A stretch of 64,000 bases of DNA, taken from assembly GCA_963822965.1 (NCBI GenBank), contig CAWGJT010000013.1:221531-285530 (forward strand). Direction: 5' to 3'. Below, in pieces: positions 10,079-20,280 of this stretch. The stretch is from an uncultured delta proteobacterium. GTDB taxonomy: Bacteria; Myxococcota_A; UBA9160; UBA4427. Positions within the stretch are counted from its first letter, which is position 1, and every line of letters starts with the position of its first letter. The notes under the pieces were generated by a model. That model ran no database searches, was not told where the DNA came from, and saw only the letters and a list, made by a program, of their open reading frames with translations. The position numbers and the translations under genes were made by a program.

Positions 10079-11355
10079 GCCGGACCCGGGTCAATCCGAT
10101 CTACACCGATCGGGTCGGCCACTACGCGTCGCGCCACGCGGACTTCGCCGCCACCCGGCGCGACGATCCCGGCTGGCTCGTCGATCTGCGGGCACGGGCC
10201 CTCGCGCGCTTCGTCGAGGTCGGGTTTCCGAGCCCCCGGCTCGAGGAGTGGCGGTACACGAACGTGGCGGCCATCGCGAAGCTCGCCCTCGACCTGCCCG
10301 AGGGCGGTTGCGGGCCCCGGCTCGGCGACGCCGGACAGGCGCACACCCTCTCCTTCGCCGAGGCCCTCCGCGAGGCGCCGGACGCGCTCCGCGCCGGGCT
10401 CGGGAGCTGCCTCGACGCCAAGGACCGCGGCTTCGCGCTGCTCAACACGGCCTTCCTCGCGGAGGGCGCGTGGGTGCGGGTGCCCGCGAACACGTCTCCC
10501 GAGGCGCCGATCCAGCTGGGCTTCGACGCGCCGGGGCGGGGAGCCGTGTGCCATCCGCGAGTGCTCGTGAAGGCGGAGCCCGGCAGTCGCGCCGTCGTCG
10601 TCCTCGATCATACCGGGCCGGGCGCGGGGGCGGGCCTCACGAACCTCGTCGCCGAGATGCGGGTGGGAGCGAACGCCTCCCTCGACCTCGTACTGGTGCA
10701 GCGGGAGGGGGAGGCGCAGTTCCACGTATCGAACCTCGCGTGCCGCGTGGCCCGCGACGGTCGCTTCACCGCGCACACCCTGACCGCGAGCGGCGCGCTG
10801 GTGCGCAACGATCTCGACGTCGTGCTCGAAGGGGAAGGCGCCGAGTGCGAGCTGCGCGGTCTCTTCCTGGGCAGCGGATCCCGTCTCGTCGACAACCACA
10901 CCTCCGTCGATCACGCGGTCCCCCACTGCACCAGCCGCGAGCTCTACAAGGGCATCCTCGGCGGGCACTCGCGAGGCGTGTTCCGCGGCCACGTCCTGGT
11001 GCGACCCGACGCCCAGAAGGCCGACGCCTTCCAGTCCAACCCGAACCTGCTGATCGGGGAGAGCGCCGAGATCGACACCAAGCCGCAGCTCGAGATCTAC
11101 GCGGACGACGTCAAGTGCTCGCACGGCGCGACCGTCGGACAGCTCGAGGAGGACGCGCTCTTCTACCTGCGCAGTCGCGGCATCGGTCGGGACGACGCGC
11201 GCAACCTGCTGATCCTGGCCTTCGCGAGCGAGATCACGTCCGCCCTGCCGGGTGAGGAGCTGGCCGGCCGCCTGGGCGAAGCCATGTCGGAGGGTCTGCG
11301 GCTCACCCTCTCGGCGGACGCGAAGAGCGCGCCGCGATCGGAGGACCCTTCGTGA
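10075..11355 (+). CDS. sufD: Fe-S cluster assembly protein SufD
   Basis: [56 protein letters not shown] overlap. Confidence 0.96.
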
Positions 11356-12605
11356 GCGCCGCCGACGCCAGCAGCCGTCGCACCGCCCCCCTGGACGTGG
11401 CCGCCATCCGGCGGGAGTTTCCGATCCTCGAGACCCAGGTCCGGGGCAAGCCCCTCGTGTACCTCGACACCGCGGCCAGCGCCCAGAAGCCCCGGGCCGT
11501 CATCGACGCCGTGGCCGAGTTCTACCGCCACGGCTACGCGAACATCCACCGGGGCCTCTACCAGCTCTCGGTGGGCGCCACCCGCCGCTACGAAGACGCG
11601 AGAGAGAAGGTGCGCGGGTTCCTCAGCGCCGCGGACGCCCGGGAGATCGTCTTCGTCCGCAACGCCACCGAGGCCATCAACCTGGTGGCCATGAGCTGGG
11701 GCCGACAGGCCGTGGGGGCGGGCGACGAGATCGTCATCTCCAACATGGAGCACCACGCGAACATCGTGCCGTGGCAGCAGCTCTGCGCCGAGAAGGGCGC
11801 GGTGCTGCGGGTGATCCCGGTGAACGACCGGGGCGAGCTCGAGCTCGACGCCTTCGAGGCGCTGCTCTCGGACCGCACCAAGCTCGTGGCGGTCGTCCAC
11901 GTCTCCAATGCGCTGGGCACCATCAATCCCGTCCGCGAGATCGTGGCGACCGCCCGGGCCCGGGGCATTCCCACCCTGCTCGACGGCGCCCAGGCGGTGC
12001 CGCACATGGCCGTCGACGTGCAGGACCTCGACTGCGACTTCTACGTCTTCTCCGGTCACAAGCTCTTCGGACCGAGCGGGATCGGGGTGCTCTACGGCAG
12101 GCTCGCGCTGCTCGAATCGATGCCTCCCTTCCTGACCGGCGGCGAGATGATCGAGAGCGTCACCCTCGAGAAGAGCACCTTCAAGCCGCCGCCCGAGCGG
12201 TTCGAGGCCGGAACGCCCGACATCGCGGGCGCCATCGGCCTCGGCGTCGCCATCGACTGGGTACAGAGCGTCGGGCTCGATCGCATCGCTGCCTGGGAGG
12301 CCGAGCTGCTGGCCCACGCGACCGCCGCCCTGGAACGCATTCCCGGCCTGCACATCGTGGGGACCGCCGCCGACAAGGCGGCCGTCGTCTCGTTCGTGCT
12401 CGACGCCGCCCACCCCCACGACGTGGCGACCGTGCTGGACCAGGAGGGCGTCGCGGTCCGTGCGGGGCACCACTGCGCCCAGCCGATCATGGACCGCTTC
12501 GGCGTGGCCGCGACCACCCGCGCCTCGTTCTCCGTCTACAACACCCGCGAGGACGTCGACGCCCTCGTTCGAGCGGTCCGCCGCGTCCAGGAGATCTTCG
12601 GCTGA
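11352..12605 (+). CDS. sufS: Cysteine desulfurase SufS
   Basis: LVYLDTAASAQKP, SNMEHHANIVPW, FSGHKLFGP, RFEAGTP, VRAGHHCAQP. Confidence 0.97.
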   Translation: MSAADASSRRTAPLDVAAIRREFPILETQVRGKPLVYLDTAASAQKPRAVIDAVAEFYRHGYANIHRGLYQLSVGATRRYEDAREKVRGFLSAADAREIVFVRNATEAINLVAMSWGRQAVGAGDEIVISNMEHHANIVPWQQLCAEKGAVLRVIPVNDRGELELDAFEALLSDRTKLVAVVHVSNALGTINPVREIVATARARGIPTLLDGAQAVPHMAVDVQDLDCDFYVFSGHKLFGPSGIGVLYGRLALLESMPPFLTGGEMIESVTLEKSTFKPPPERFEAGTPDIAGAIGLGVAIDWVQSVGLDRIAAWEAELLAHATAALERIPGLHIVGTAADKAAVVSFVLDAAHPHDVATVLDQEGVAVRAGHHCAQPIMDRFGVAATTRASFSVYNTREDVDALVRAVRRVQEIFG

Positions 12606-13060
12606 TGGACGAGCTGCGCGACCTCTACCAGGCCACGATCCTGGATCACAACAAGCGCCCGCGGAACTTCGGTCCGCTCGAGGGCGCGAACCGCAACGCT
12701 CGGGGCGACAACCCGGTGTGCGGCGACAAGCTGGAGGTCCACCTGAAGCTGGACGACGACGACCGGGTCGTGGACGTCCGCTTCGAGGGCAGGGGCTGTG
12801 CGATCTCGACGGCGTCGGCGTCGCTGATGACGGAGTTCGCCAAGGGCAGGACGCGCGCGGAGATCGAGGAGACCTTCGAGCGCTTCCACCAGCTGGTAGC
12901 CGGCAACGCCGAGGACGACGTCGACGCCCCGGAGCTCGGCAAGCTGGCCGTCTTCTCCGGGGTTCGCGAGTACCCGGTACGCGTGAAGTGCGCGACGCTC
13001 GCATGGCATACGCTTCGCGCCGCTCTTCGCGGCGATCAGGAAGTGGCAAGGACGGAGTGA
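12605..13060 (+). CDS. sufU: SUF system NifU-family sulfur acceptor SufU
   Basis: LYQATILDHNKRPRN, NPVCGD, GCAISTASASLM, RVKCATLAWH; TGATG overlap with sufS. Confidence 0.95.
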   Translation: MDELRDLYQATILDHNKRPRNFGPLEGANRNARGDNPVCGDKLEVHLKLDDDDRVVDVRFEGRGCAISTASASLMTEFAKGRTRAEIEETFERFHQLVAGNAEDDVDAPELGKLAVFSGVREYPVRVKCATLAWHTLRAALRGDQEVARTE

Positions 13061-13398
13061 TGAGCGAATCGATTCGAGAGGCGGAGGCGGAGTCCGCGGG
13101 CGACCTGAAGCAGGACGTCATCGCGGCGCTCAAGACCTGCTACGACCCGGAGATCCCGGTCGACATCTACGAGCTCGGACTCATCTACGAGGTGGACATC
13201 CGCGAAGGCGGTGTCGCCTACGTGAAGATGACCCTCACGTCTCCCATGTGCCCGGTGGCCGAGATCCTCCCCGTCGAGGTGGAGGAGAAGGTGCGGTCGG
13301 TGCCCGGAATCACGGACTGCGAGATGGACCTCGTCTGGGATCCGCCCTGGAGCATGGAGATGATGTCCGAGGCCGCGAGGCTCGAGCTGAACTTCTGA
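13060..13398 (+). CDS. sufT: DUF59 / SufT-type Fe-S assembly protein
   Basis: YDPEIPVDIYELGLIY, MTLTSPMCPVA, LVWDPPWS-MSEAARLEL; TGATG overlap with sufU. Confidence 0.9.
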   Translation: MSESIREAEAESAGDLKQDVIAALKTCYDPEIPVDIYELGLIYEVDIREGGVAYVKMTLTSPMCPVAEILPVEVEEKVRSVPGITDCEMDLVWDPPWSMEMMSEAARLELNF

Positions 13399-13436
13399 CC
13401 GGCGGACCGGGCGCGGGCCCCGGATCTCCGCGGGCT

Positions 13437-14612
13437 GTGGCATCGTCTGGCGCCTTGCTCCGGCTTCCCTTCCTTCCGATCGCGACCTTCGGCTTCGTGC
13501 TCTTCGGGGCGCTGCTCGTGCTGGTGGGCGCGAGCCAGGACGAGCTGCAGGCCGCCCTGCGCCTGGACCTGACCCGGACGGGCTTGCTGGGATCGTCCGT
13601 CGTGCTCGGCATCGGTCTCGGGGTGCTCGCAGGCGGACCGCTGGTGGATCGCCTTCCCCGGCGGCCGCTGCTGTGCGGCGCCGCGCTGCTCACGGCGGGG
13701 GCCCTGTGCGCGATCGGGCTCTCCGACGGCTTCGCGGGCGTGGCGGGCCTGCTCGGGGTCGCGGGCGTCGGCGGCGGTCTCTACGAGACGATCCTCAACT
13801 CGGTGGCCATCGAGCGCTACCAGGAGCGCTCCGTCCGGATCGTCTCCACGATGCACGCCGGCGCCACCGTGGGTGCCATGCTCACCCCACTCGCCATCGG
13901 CGCCGTCCTCGCCGCGACGACCGCGGCGGACTGGACGCTCGCCTTCCGCGCCGTCGGGCTGCTGCATGCCGGCCTGGCGCTGCTCGCGCTGGCGATTCCG
14001 CTGGGCGCGCCGCGCCTCGCCAGGCCGGACGAATCCGCGGCCCGCCCCCCGGCCGTCGTGACCGCCTCTCTCGTCTGGCTGTGCATCGCGGCCTTCGCCT
14101 ACATCGGTGTGGAGTCGGCGCTCACGATCTTCGCCATTCCCTACGCGGAGGGGGCGCTGGGGCTCGAGGCCGAGAGCGGACGCCGCGCCATCTCCTTCTT
14201 CTGGATGGGGCTGCTGGCGGGACGCCTCGCCCTCGCGCTGCGGTCGGGGATCGACGACGCGCGCTTCGCGACGGCGGCCGGCGGCATCGCAGGCGCCGCG
14301 CTCGTGGCCGGCGTGGCGCTCGGCTGGACCCACGTCGAGCTGCTGCTCGCCTTCGTGGGCTTTGCGCTGGGGGGCGTGTTTCCGCTGCTGGTGGTGCTGG
14401 CCGGCCGGCGCACGCCCCAGGCCACGGGAACGGGTGTCGCGGTGGTGGCGGGGCTCGGCTCGGCCGGAGGCTTCGTGCTTCCCTGGCTGACGGGTCTCGT
14501 CGGAGACGCCGCGGGCGTCGCGGCGGCCGTCGGCACCCTGGGTCTCTGGTGCGGCGTCGTGGCGGCCGGCGGCCTGCTCGCCGAGGTCGGCCGCGACCGG
14601 CTCAGAGGCTGA
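13437..14612 (+). CDS. MFS transporter
   Basis: About 12 hydrophobic helices, GPLVDRLPRR (MFS motif A-like), YIGVES; start inferred. Confidence 0.8.
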   Translation: MASSGALLRLPFLPIATFGFVLFGALLVLVGASQDELQAALRLDLTRTGLLGSSVVLGIGLGVLAGGPLVDRLPRRPLLCGAALLTAGALCAIGLSDGFAGVAGLLGVAGVGGGLYETILNSVAIERYQERSVRIVSTMHAGATVGAMLTPLAIGAVLAATTAADWTLAFRAVGLLHAGLALLALAIPLGAPRLARPDESAARPPAVVTASLVWLCIAAFAYIGVESALTIFAIPYAEGALGLEAESGRRAISFFWMGLLAGRLALALRSGIDDARFATAAGGIAGAALVAGVALGWTHVELLLAFVGFALGGVFPLLVVLAGRRTPQATGTGVAVVAGLGSAGGFVLPWLTGLVGDAAGVAAAVGTLGLWCGVVAAGGLLAEVGRDRLRG

Positions 14613-16158
14613 CGGGCAGCACCGCGGCGAGGATCCAGGCCAGCCACGCCGACTCGAGCAGCGCGGGCACGACGGTGTTTCGGGAGCGCGCGTAGATGGC
14701 GCTCGACACCACCTCGAAGAGCACGAAGAGCAGCACGAGCACGGGCAGCATCAACATCACCACCCCCGAGAGAACCCCCGCCGCCACCGCCAGTACGAGC
14801 ACGCCGACGACGAGGGCGCGACCGACCGTGCAGGCCACCGCCGCGCCCAGAGTGCCGCCCCGCCGAAGCCAGTCGTGGAAGACCAGCTGGAAGTGCACCA
14901 CCAGGAAGAAGACGCCCAGCGCCAGCACGGCGCGCTCCGGTGTCAGACCGAGCATGTGGCCGACGGCGCCGAAGGGCGCCAGCAGCAGGAAGATCGCCGC
15001 GATGCCCAGCGCGGCGGCCCGCGCGTTCTGCGGGAGTCCGGCCCGCAGGTCCGCCACGTCGAGCTCCCCGGTGAGGAAGAGGACCGCGAGCATCGCGACC
15101 CCCGCCGCGAAGAGGTGCAGCGAGAACGTATTGCCCACCGCCAGCGGCAGCAGCCGCGCGGGGTCGCCGACCGCCACCAGGGGAAGAGTCGCCAGCAGGG
15201 CGAGCGCGATTCCCCCGAGCCTCGCCCCGACGCCGCCGGGAGAACGCTCGGCGCGGCGCGGCGCGATGCGGCCCACCGCATCTCCCAGGCCAGGCAGCAG
15301 CAGCGCGAATGCCAGCAAGCCGAGCAGGGCCGGCTGCAGCCGCGGGTCGGAGCGCAGGAAGAAGGTGCCGCGCTCCACCCCGTAGCAGTCGTCCAGCCAG
15401 TCGATGATGCGGCGCGCCGCGTACTGCGAGCCCAGGATCGTGATGTGGTCCGCCCGGGCCACCTCGACCTGGCTCACCGCGGTCCCCGCCGCGAAGTCGC
15501 CCGCGACGACCCCTGGCTCCATTCGCTCCCATCCGGCGATCTCGGCGGCGATGCGGGCCGCGCTCTCGCGGATGCGAGGGGGATCGCCCTGGCCGTAGAT
15601 GAAGAGCGCGTTCGACGGCCGGTTCGGACCCTCGAGACGCCAGCCCCCGGAGATCATCACGGCGGCGTCGAGAGCCGGATCCGTGCCCGCGTACTCGAGC
15701 GCGGCCCCCGCGCCCATGGAGTGGCCCATGACGGAGATCCGGGAGCCGTCCACGTCCGGCGAGGCGCGCAGGAAGTCGACCGCCGCCCGCATGTCCGCCT
15801 GCAGCGAATCGACGGGCCCTCGCACCCGGGAGAAGCGATTGCGGTTGCCGCCGTGCCCGCGGAAGTCCAGGGTGAGCACCGCGTAGCCGGCCTGGGTGAG
15901 CGCACGCGCCAGAATGCTCATCCCCGCCTGGTCCGACGCGAAGCCGTGCGCGAGCACCACCGCCGGCGGCGAGCCCAGGTCGTCGACGTTCGGATCGCTC
16001 CCGGCGGGCGCGGGCAGGTAGAGGGTGGCGGGGATGCCGCCCGGAAGCTCGAGCTCCGTCCGCAACGGGCCGGACGCCTGGAGTCGGGCGAGCCACAGGA
16101 TGCTCCCGAGCACCACCGCGACGGCGAAGAGCGAGACGGCATTGCGGATCCGGGTCAC
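14602..16158 (-). CDS. Alpha/beta hydrolase with C-terminal membrane domain
   Basis: VVLAHGFAS, DFRGHG, nucleophile elbow GHSMG, ADHITI, then several TM helices. Confidence 0.85.
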   Translation of the reverse strand: MTRIRNAVSLFAVAVVLGSILWLARLQASGPLRTELELPGGIPATLYLPAPAGSDPNVDDLGSPPAVVLAHGFASDQAGMSILARALTQAGYAVLTLDFRGHGGNRNRFSRVRGPVDSLQADMRAAVDFLRASPDVDGSRISVMGHSMGAGAALEYAGTDPALDAAVMISGGWRLEGPNRPSNALFIYGQGDPPRIRESAARIAAEIAGWERMEPGVVAGDFAAGTAVSQVEVARADHITILGSQYAARRIIDWLDDCYGVERGTFFLRSDPRLQPALLGLLAFALLLPGLGDAVGRIAPRRAERSPGGVGARLGGIALALLATLPLVAVGDPARLLPLAVGNTFSLHLFAAGVAMLAVLFLTGELDVADLRAGLPQNARAAALGIAAIFLLLAPFGAVGHMLGLTPERAVLALGVFFLVVHFQLVFHDWLRRGGTLGAAVACTVGRALVVGVLVLAVAAGVLSGVVMLMLPVLVLLFVLFEVVSSAIYARSRNTVVPALLESAWLAWILAAVLPVSL

Positions 16159-16219
16159 CGGGGCATTGCAGCGGGGCGGGGCGGGGAAGTCAATCGGCGC
16201 GGGCTGCTATCGTCGCGTC

Positions 16220-17152
16220 ATGGCGAGCCCCCTGGCCCCGATCCTGGTCACCGGTGCGAACGGGCACCTGGGTCGGGGGCTGATCGCCCGGATCCACGGC
16301 AAGGAAGGTCCCGCCGCGCTGCGGGCGGTGGTGCGCTCGCGGGGCGCCGCCGACCGGGTACGGGCGGTGGCGCCCGTGGACACGCGCACGGTCGACTACA
16401 CCGATCGCGCATCGCTCGCGGCGGCCGCCGAGGGCTGCCGCGCGATCGTGCACCTGGTGGGCATCATCAAGGAGACGCGGAGCGCCCGCTACGAGGACGC
16501 CCACGAACGCACCTGCGAGGCGCTCGCCGCCGCGGCCGCCGAGAGCGGAGCCTCGCGAATCGTCTATCTGAGCATCCTCGGATCGGCGAAGGACTCGAAG
16601 AACGCCTGCCTGGCCTCCAAGGGACGCGCCGAGCAGATCCTGCTGGCGGGCCGCGTCCCCGCCTGCGTGCTGCGCGTCCCCATGGTGCTGGGCCCCGACG
16701 ACCATGCGTCGTACTCGCTGCGCAAGCAGGCCACCGCCGGCTTCCTGCCCCTGGTGGGCGGCGGCCGCACCCTGCAGCAGCCGATCGACGCCGACGACGT
16801 CGTCTCCGCGGTGATCGGGGCGCTGGACCGCGACCCGCCGCTTCGCGGCGTGCTGGACCTCGGCGGTCCCGAGTGCCTGTCCCAGCGCGATCTCGTGCTG
16901 CGCACGGCGGCGTTGCACGGGAAGCGGCCCACGATCGTCCCGCTGCCCCTGGGTCTGGTGCGGTCCGCGGTGGGGATCCTCGAACGCGTCGCCGCCGAGC
17001 CCGCGATGACACGGGCCATGCTCGACGTGCTGCAACACGACGATCGCGTCGATCCCGGACCCGCGTGCCGGGAGCTGCACCTGCAGCTCACCCCCCTCGA
17101 CGAGACGCTCCGACGCTACGCGGGGCCGGACACACCGAGGCAGACGCCATGA
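16220..17152 (+). CDS. NAD-dependent epimerase/dehydratase (NDUFA9-like atypical SDR)
   Basis: ILVTGANGHLG, IVHLVGIIKE, SKGRAE, QPIDADDV, DLGGPE. Confidence 0.85.
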   Translation: MASPLAPILVTGANGHLGRGLIARIHGKEGPAALRAVVRSRGAADRVRAVAPVDTRTVDYTDRASLAAAAEGCRAIVHLVGIIKETRSARYEDAHERTCEALAAAAAESGASRIVYLSILGSAKDSKNACLASKGRAEQILLAGRVPACVLRVPMVLGPDDHASYSLRKQATAGFLPLVGGGRTLQQPIDADDVVSAVIGALDRDPPLRGVLDLGGPECLSQRDLVLRTAALHGKRPTIVPLPLGLVRSAVGILERVAAEPAMTRAMLDVLQHDDRVDPGPACRELHLQLTPLDETLRRYAGPDTPRQTP

Positions 17153-18177
17153 CCGCCGCAATCCCCGAACCGCCTCCGCCCGGCACGCGGGCACCCGGGG
17201 GCCCCCGCAAGGGCAGCGCCTGGCAGAAGCTTCTCGCCTGGGCGATCACGCTCGCGTGCTTCGCCTATCTGTACTCGAAGATCAGCGGCGCCGCCGCGCG
17301 CGCGGGCATGGGGCTCGTCGCCTACCTGGCCGGCATCTTCGCCGAGGTGGGCTGGGGCGAGTGGCTCGCGCTCATGATCCCCTACTCGCTCTTCTTCTTC
17401 CTGATCGACACCACCGTCGTGTGGGCGGTGGTGAACTGGTTCAACACGAAGATCCGCTACTTCGACATCCTTCCCATCCGCGGCAGCAGCTACATCCTCT
17501 CGATCCTGAACGAGCAGGTGGGCAAGGGCGCCATGGCGCTCTACCTGAACCGTCGTTACGGCGTACCGGGCTGGGAGATCGGCTCGAGCATGCTCTTCAT
17601 CATGTTCTGCGAGTTCTACTACCTGCTGACCTGGGCGACGATCGGCTGGGTGATGCGCGGGGACTCCCTGCCGCCGGAGTTCGCCGTCATCCCGATGATC
17701 GCGGGGGCCGCGGCGGTCTTCCTGGTGCTCTTCCTGCTCTTCTTCAGCGGACGTCTCGGCGTCGGGGAGGGGATCCGCAACCGTCCCATCCTGAAGTCGT
17801 TTCGGGAGGCGAAGCCGTGGCACTACGGGGCGGTGGTGCTGCTGCGCTCGCCGGCCCTGCTCTCGGCCGTCATCGTCTACACGCTGGCCCTGCGCCTCTT
17901 CGGCGTGGAGGTCGGCTTCATGCAGATGCTGGGCTACCTGCCGGTGATCTTCTTCGGTGCGGCGACGCCGGGACCCATGCGCAGCGTGGCCATCACGCTG
18001 TGGGTGCTCCTGTTTCCCGGTCGCGAGGGAGAGATGGCCGCGTTCGGCTTCGTGCAGCACAACTTCTTCATCTTCTTCAACGCGGCGATCGGCCTGATCT
18101 TCCTGCGGCGCGCGAACCGCGAGATCTTCGACGCGGCCGGCGGGGACGGCGGCGCGGCGGTCAGCGCGACCGGCTGA
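17149..18177 (+). CDS. Multi-pass membrane protein, lysylphosphatidylglycerol-synthase TM (flippase-like) family
   Basis: About 8 TM segments in the LPG_synthase_TM-like pattern; ATGA overlap with the upstream gene; family call is by pattern only. Confidence 0.6.
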   Translation: MTAAIPEPPPPGTRAPGGPRKGSAWQKLLAWAITLACFAYLYSKISGAAARAGMGLVAYLAGIFAEVGWGEWLALMIPYSLFFFLIDTTVVWAVVNWFNTKIRYFDILPIRGSSYILSILNEQVGKGAMALYLNRRYGVPGWEIGSSMLFIMFCEFYYLLTWATIGWVMRGDSLPPEFAVIPMIAGAAAVFLVLFLLFFSGRLGVGEGIRNRPILKSFREAKPWHYGAVVLLRSPALLSAVIVYTLALRLFGVEVGFMQMLGYLPVIFFGAATPGPMRSVAITLWVLLFPGREGEMAAFGFVQHNFFIFFNAAIGLIFLRRANREIFDAAGGDGGAAVSATG

Positions 18178-18724
18178 CGAACGCCCAGGCCCGGTCTCCC
18201 ATGGAGACGACCGTCGAGGCCACCAGCAGCCACCCGAGGGCCAGCACCAGCCCGCGGCTGGGCCAGGGAAGGCCGAGCCCGTCCCGGACCACCGGGACCC
18301 CGATCAGCGCGAAGTAGAAGATCCCGTTCCAGCGCCCCAGGAAGCTGGCGCGCAGGGGTCGCCCCGCGATGCTGCGGGAGTCGAGCATGTACTGCAGGAA
18401 GGCCGCGGCCACGAGCACGGGCAGGGGAGCGGGCACCGCCCCCGTCCAGGCCAGGGCGCCCAGCCCCACGCTGCAGAAGAGCGCATCGGCGCCGTGGTCG
18501 AGCAGGCCGCCGAGGCTCGACGCCTCGCCGCGATTGCGGGCCAGCCGACCGTCGGCGAGGTCGGTCGCCACCGCCCAGGCGAAGACGCCCAGGGCCGCGA
18601 GCCGGCTCTCGAGCAGGATCGACGCCGCAATCAGGGGCACGCAGACGACCCGCGTGGCGGTGAGGGCGTTCGCCAGCGTCGCCCAGCGCGGCGGCTGGCG
18701 CGCGGTGCTCGAGTCGGGGTTCAC
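18161..18724 (-). CDS. CDP-alcohol phosphatidyltransferase (PgsA-like)
   Basis: ANALTATR and DLADGRLARNRGEASSLGGLLDHGAD, matching DxxDGxxAR...GxxLDxxxD. Confidence 0.9.
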   Translation of the reverse strand: MNPDSSTARQPPRWATLANALTATRVVCVPLIAASILLESRLAALGVFAWAVATDLADGRLARNRGEASSLGGLLDHGADALFCSVGLGALAWTGAVPAPLPVLVAAAFLQYMLDSRSIAGRPLRASFLGRWNGIFYFALIGVPVVRDGLGLPWPSRGLVLALGWLLVASTVVSMGDRAWAFVSRSR

Positions 18725-18788
18725 GACACCGAACGATACCGCGCGCGGGCGCTGCTATAACCTGCCCCCGCGCCCACCCGGAGGAAGC

Positions 18789-19220
18789 ATGAGACGCACG
18801 AAGTCCGCTCTTGCGGCCGTCACCCCTGGAATCGCGGCGCTGCTGCTCTTGGCGGCGTGCTCGGAAGGGAACGCCCCCGAAGGCGGTGCGCCCGCGCCGA
18901 GCCCGTCTTCGGCCGCGTCTTCGGCCGCGTCGGCTCCGACGGCGGAAGAGGAGGCGGCCGACCTCGTCGCCGAGGGTCGTGCGGCCTACCTGGGCAACTG
19001 CATCGCCTGCCACAACCCGGACCCGACCCAGGACGGCGCCCTCGGGCCCGCGCTCGCCGGATCGTCCGAGGACCTGGTGCAGGCGCGCGTGATGCGGGCC
19101 GAGTATCCGCCGGGCTACCCCCCCAAGCGGGACACCCGGTCGATGATCCCCATGCCCTTCCTCGAGAAGAAGATCCCCGCCATCGCGGCCTATCTCTCTT
19201 CCGTCGGGCCCCGGAGCTGA
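18789..19220 (+). CDS. Monoheme cytochrome c lipoprotein
   Basis: Lipobox LAAC, Ser/Ala/Pro linker, CIACH heme motif, distal Met (SMIPM); GGAGG SD; extended -10 TGcTATAAC at 18753-18761. Confidence 0.88.
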   Translation: MRRTKSALAAVTPGIAALLLLAACSEGNAPEGGAPAPSPSSAASSAASAPTAEEEAADLVAEGRAAYLGNCIACHNPDPTQDGALGPALAGSSEDLVQARVMRAEYPPGYPPKRDTRSMIPMPFLEKKIPAIAAYLSSVGPRS

Positions 19221-19227
19221 AACGAGA

Positions 19228-19261
19228 ACGGGCGCGATCCGCCGAAGCGGATCGCGCCCGT
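19228..19261. terminator. GC-rich hairpin between convergent cytochrome c and puuD (likely bidirectional terminator)
   Basis: ACGGGCGCGATCCGC-CGAA-GCGGATCGCGCCCGT, a perfect 15-bp stem; no clear U-tract. Confidence 0.65.
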
Positions 19262-19281
19262 CGAGTCCCGCTTCGCCGCTC

Positions 19282-19983
19282 CTAGACGATGACGCCCACG
19301 ACGTAGAGCACCACCGTCAGGGCGAGACCGGCGTGGATGGTCCCCGACACCGAGGTGAGCGGCTTCTGGGTGGGCAGGCCCGGCCCGATCAGCGCGTGGA
19401 TCTCGACGCCCACGATGATGATCAGCGCGAGCACCCAGTAGACGGCCGTGTTCGCGTTGGCCAACAGGCTCTGCAGGTGGCTCGCCGAGCCCATGTAGAA
19501 GAGCATCGGGATCGAGAAGAGGGTGTTGATGCGCGACGCCGCGCCGGCACGCGCGCCGCGCGACGCCGCCTCGGGGATCGCCTCGCCGCCGCCGGCGATC
19601 TGCTCTGCCGATGCGATCACCACCTTCTGGGCGGGCCAGATGATGAACCACACGTTCGCCCACATGAACGTGCCCATGAGGGCGCCGGTGAGGATGCGGG
19701 ACATGTAGGGCGAGCCGAGCCCGATGCCCTGGTGGAGCTTCATCGTGAGGATCGTGAGCCCCGAGAGGAACGTGAACATCGCGCCCCAGCGGAACCACCA
19801 GAGCGCATTGGGCACGAGCCCGCGGGTCATCGCCCCCTTGACGCCCCCTCCGAGCTCGGAGCCGAAGAACGGGGTCTGGACGAAGTTGAAGTACCAGAGC
19901 ATGCCGATCCAGGCGACACCGCTGAGGAAGTGGATCCAGCGAACCAGGAACTCCCAGCCAGCGAGGGTCGTGACGATGTCCAT
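19282..19983 (-). CDS. puuD: Urate hydroxylase PuuD-family membrane protein (Urate_ox_N domain only)
   Basis: RWIHFLSGVAWIGMLWYFNFVQ, ALWWFRWGAMFTFLSG, MWANVWFIIWPAQK, SRINTLFSIPMLFYM; GGAGAG SD before ATG 19983. Confidence 0.8.
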   Translation of the reverse strand: MDIVTTLAGWEFLVRWIHFLSGVAWIGMLWYFNFVQTPFFGSELGGGVKGAMTRGLVPNALWWFRWGAMFTFLSGLTILTMKLHQGIGLGSPYMSRILTGALMGTFMWANVWFIIWPAQKVVIASAEQIAGGGEAIPEAASRGARAGAASRINTLFSIPMLFYMGSASHLQSLLANANTAVYWVLALIIIVGVEIHALIGPGLPTQKPLTSVSGTIHAGLALTVVLYVVGVIV

Positions 19984-20280
19984 GAGGGTTCTCCTCTCCT
20001 TCGATTGCCTTCCAGATTCCTGCGGTTTTGGATTTCCGTCGATCTCTTGGGGGCTTGCAGGGGGCCGTTGCGGCTGCCCCATTCTAGCCCGATCCGGACC
20101 GATTTCTCGCCGTTCCGGGGTATTCCCGAGCGATCGGGCCCCGTGTCAGAACGCCGTTGCCCGGCCGTCGCACATCCCGACGGAGCCCGGAGCGGACCCG
20201 AGCCGAGGCGGAAGCGAGCGTGAAGGGCGGAAACGAGCGTGCTGACAGTCGGAGCAGAGCCCCGACCGGGCGGCAGGGCC

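Noticed and set aside
18906..18931. 12-bp repeat TCTTCGGCCGCG x2 in the cytochrome c gene
   Set aside because: It encodes an ordinary SSAA linker after the lipobox.
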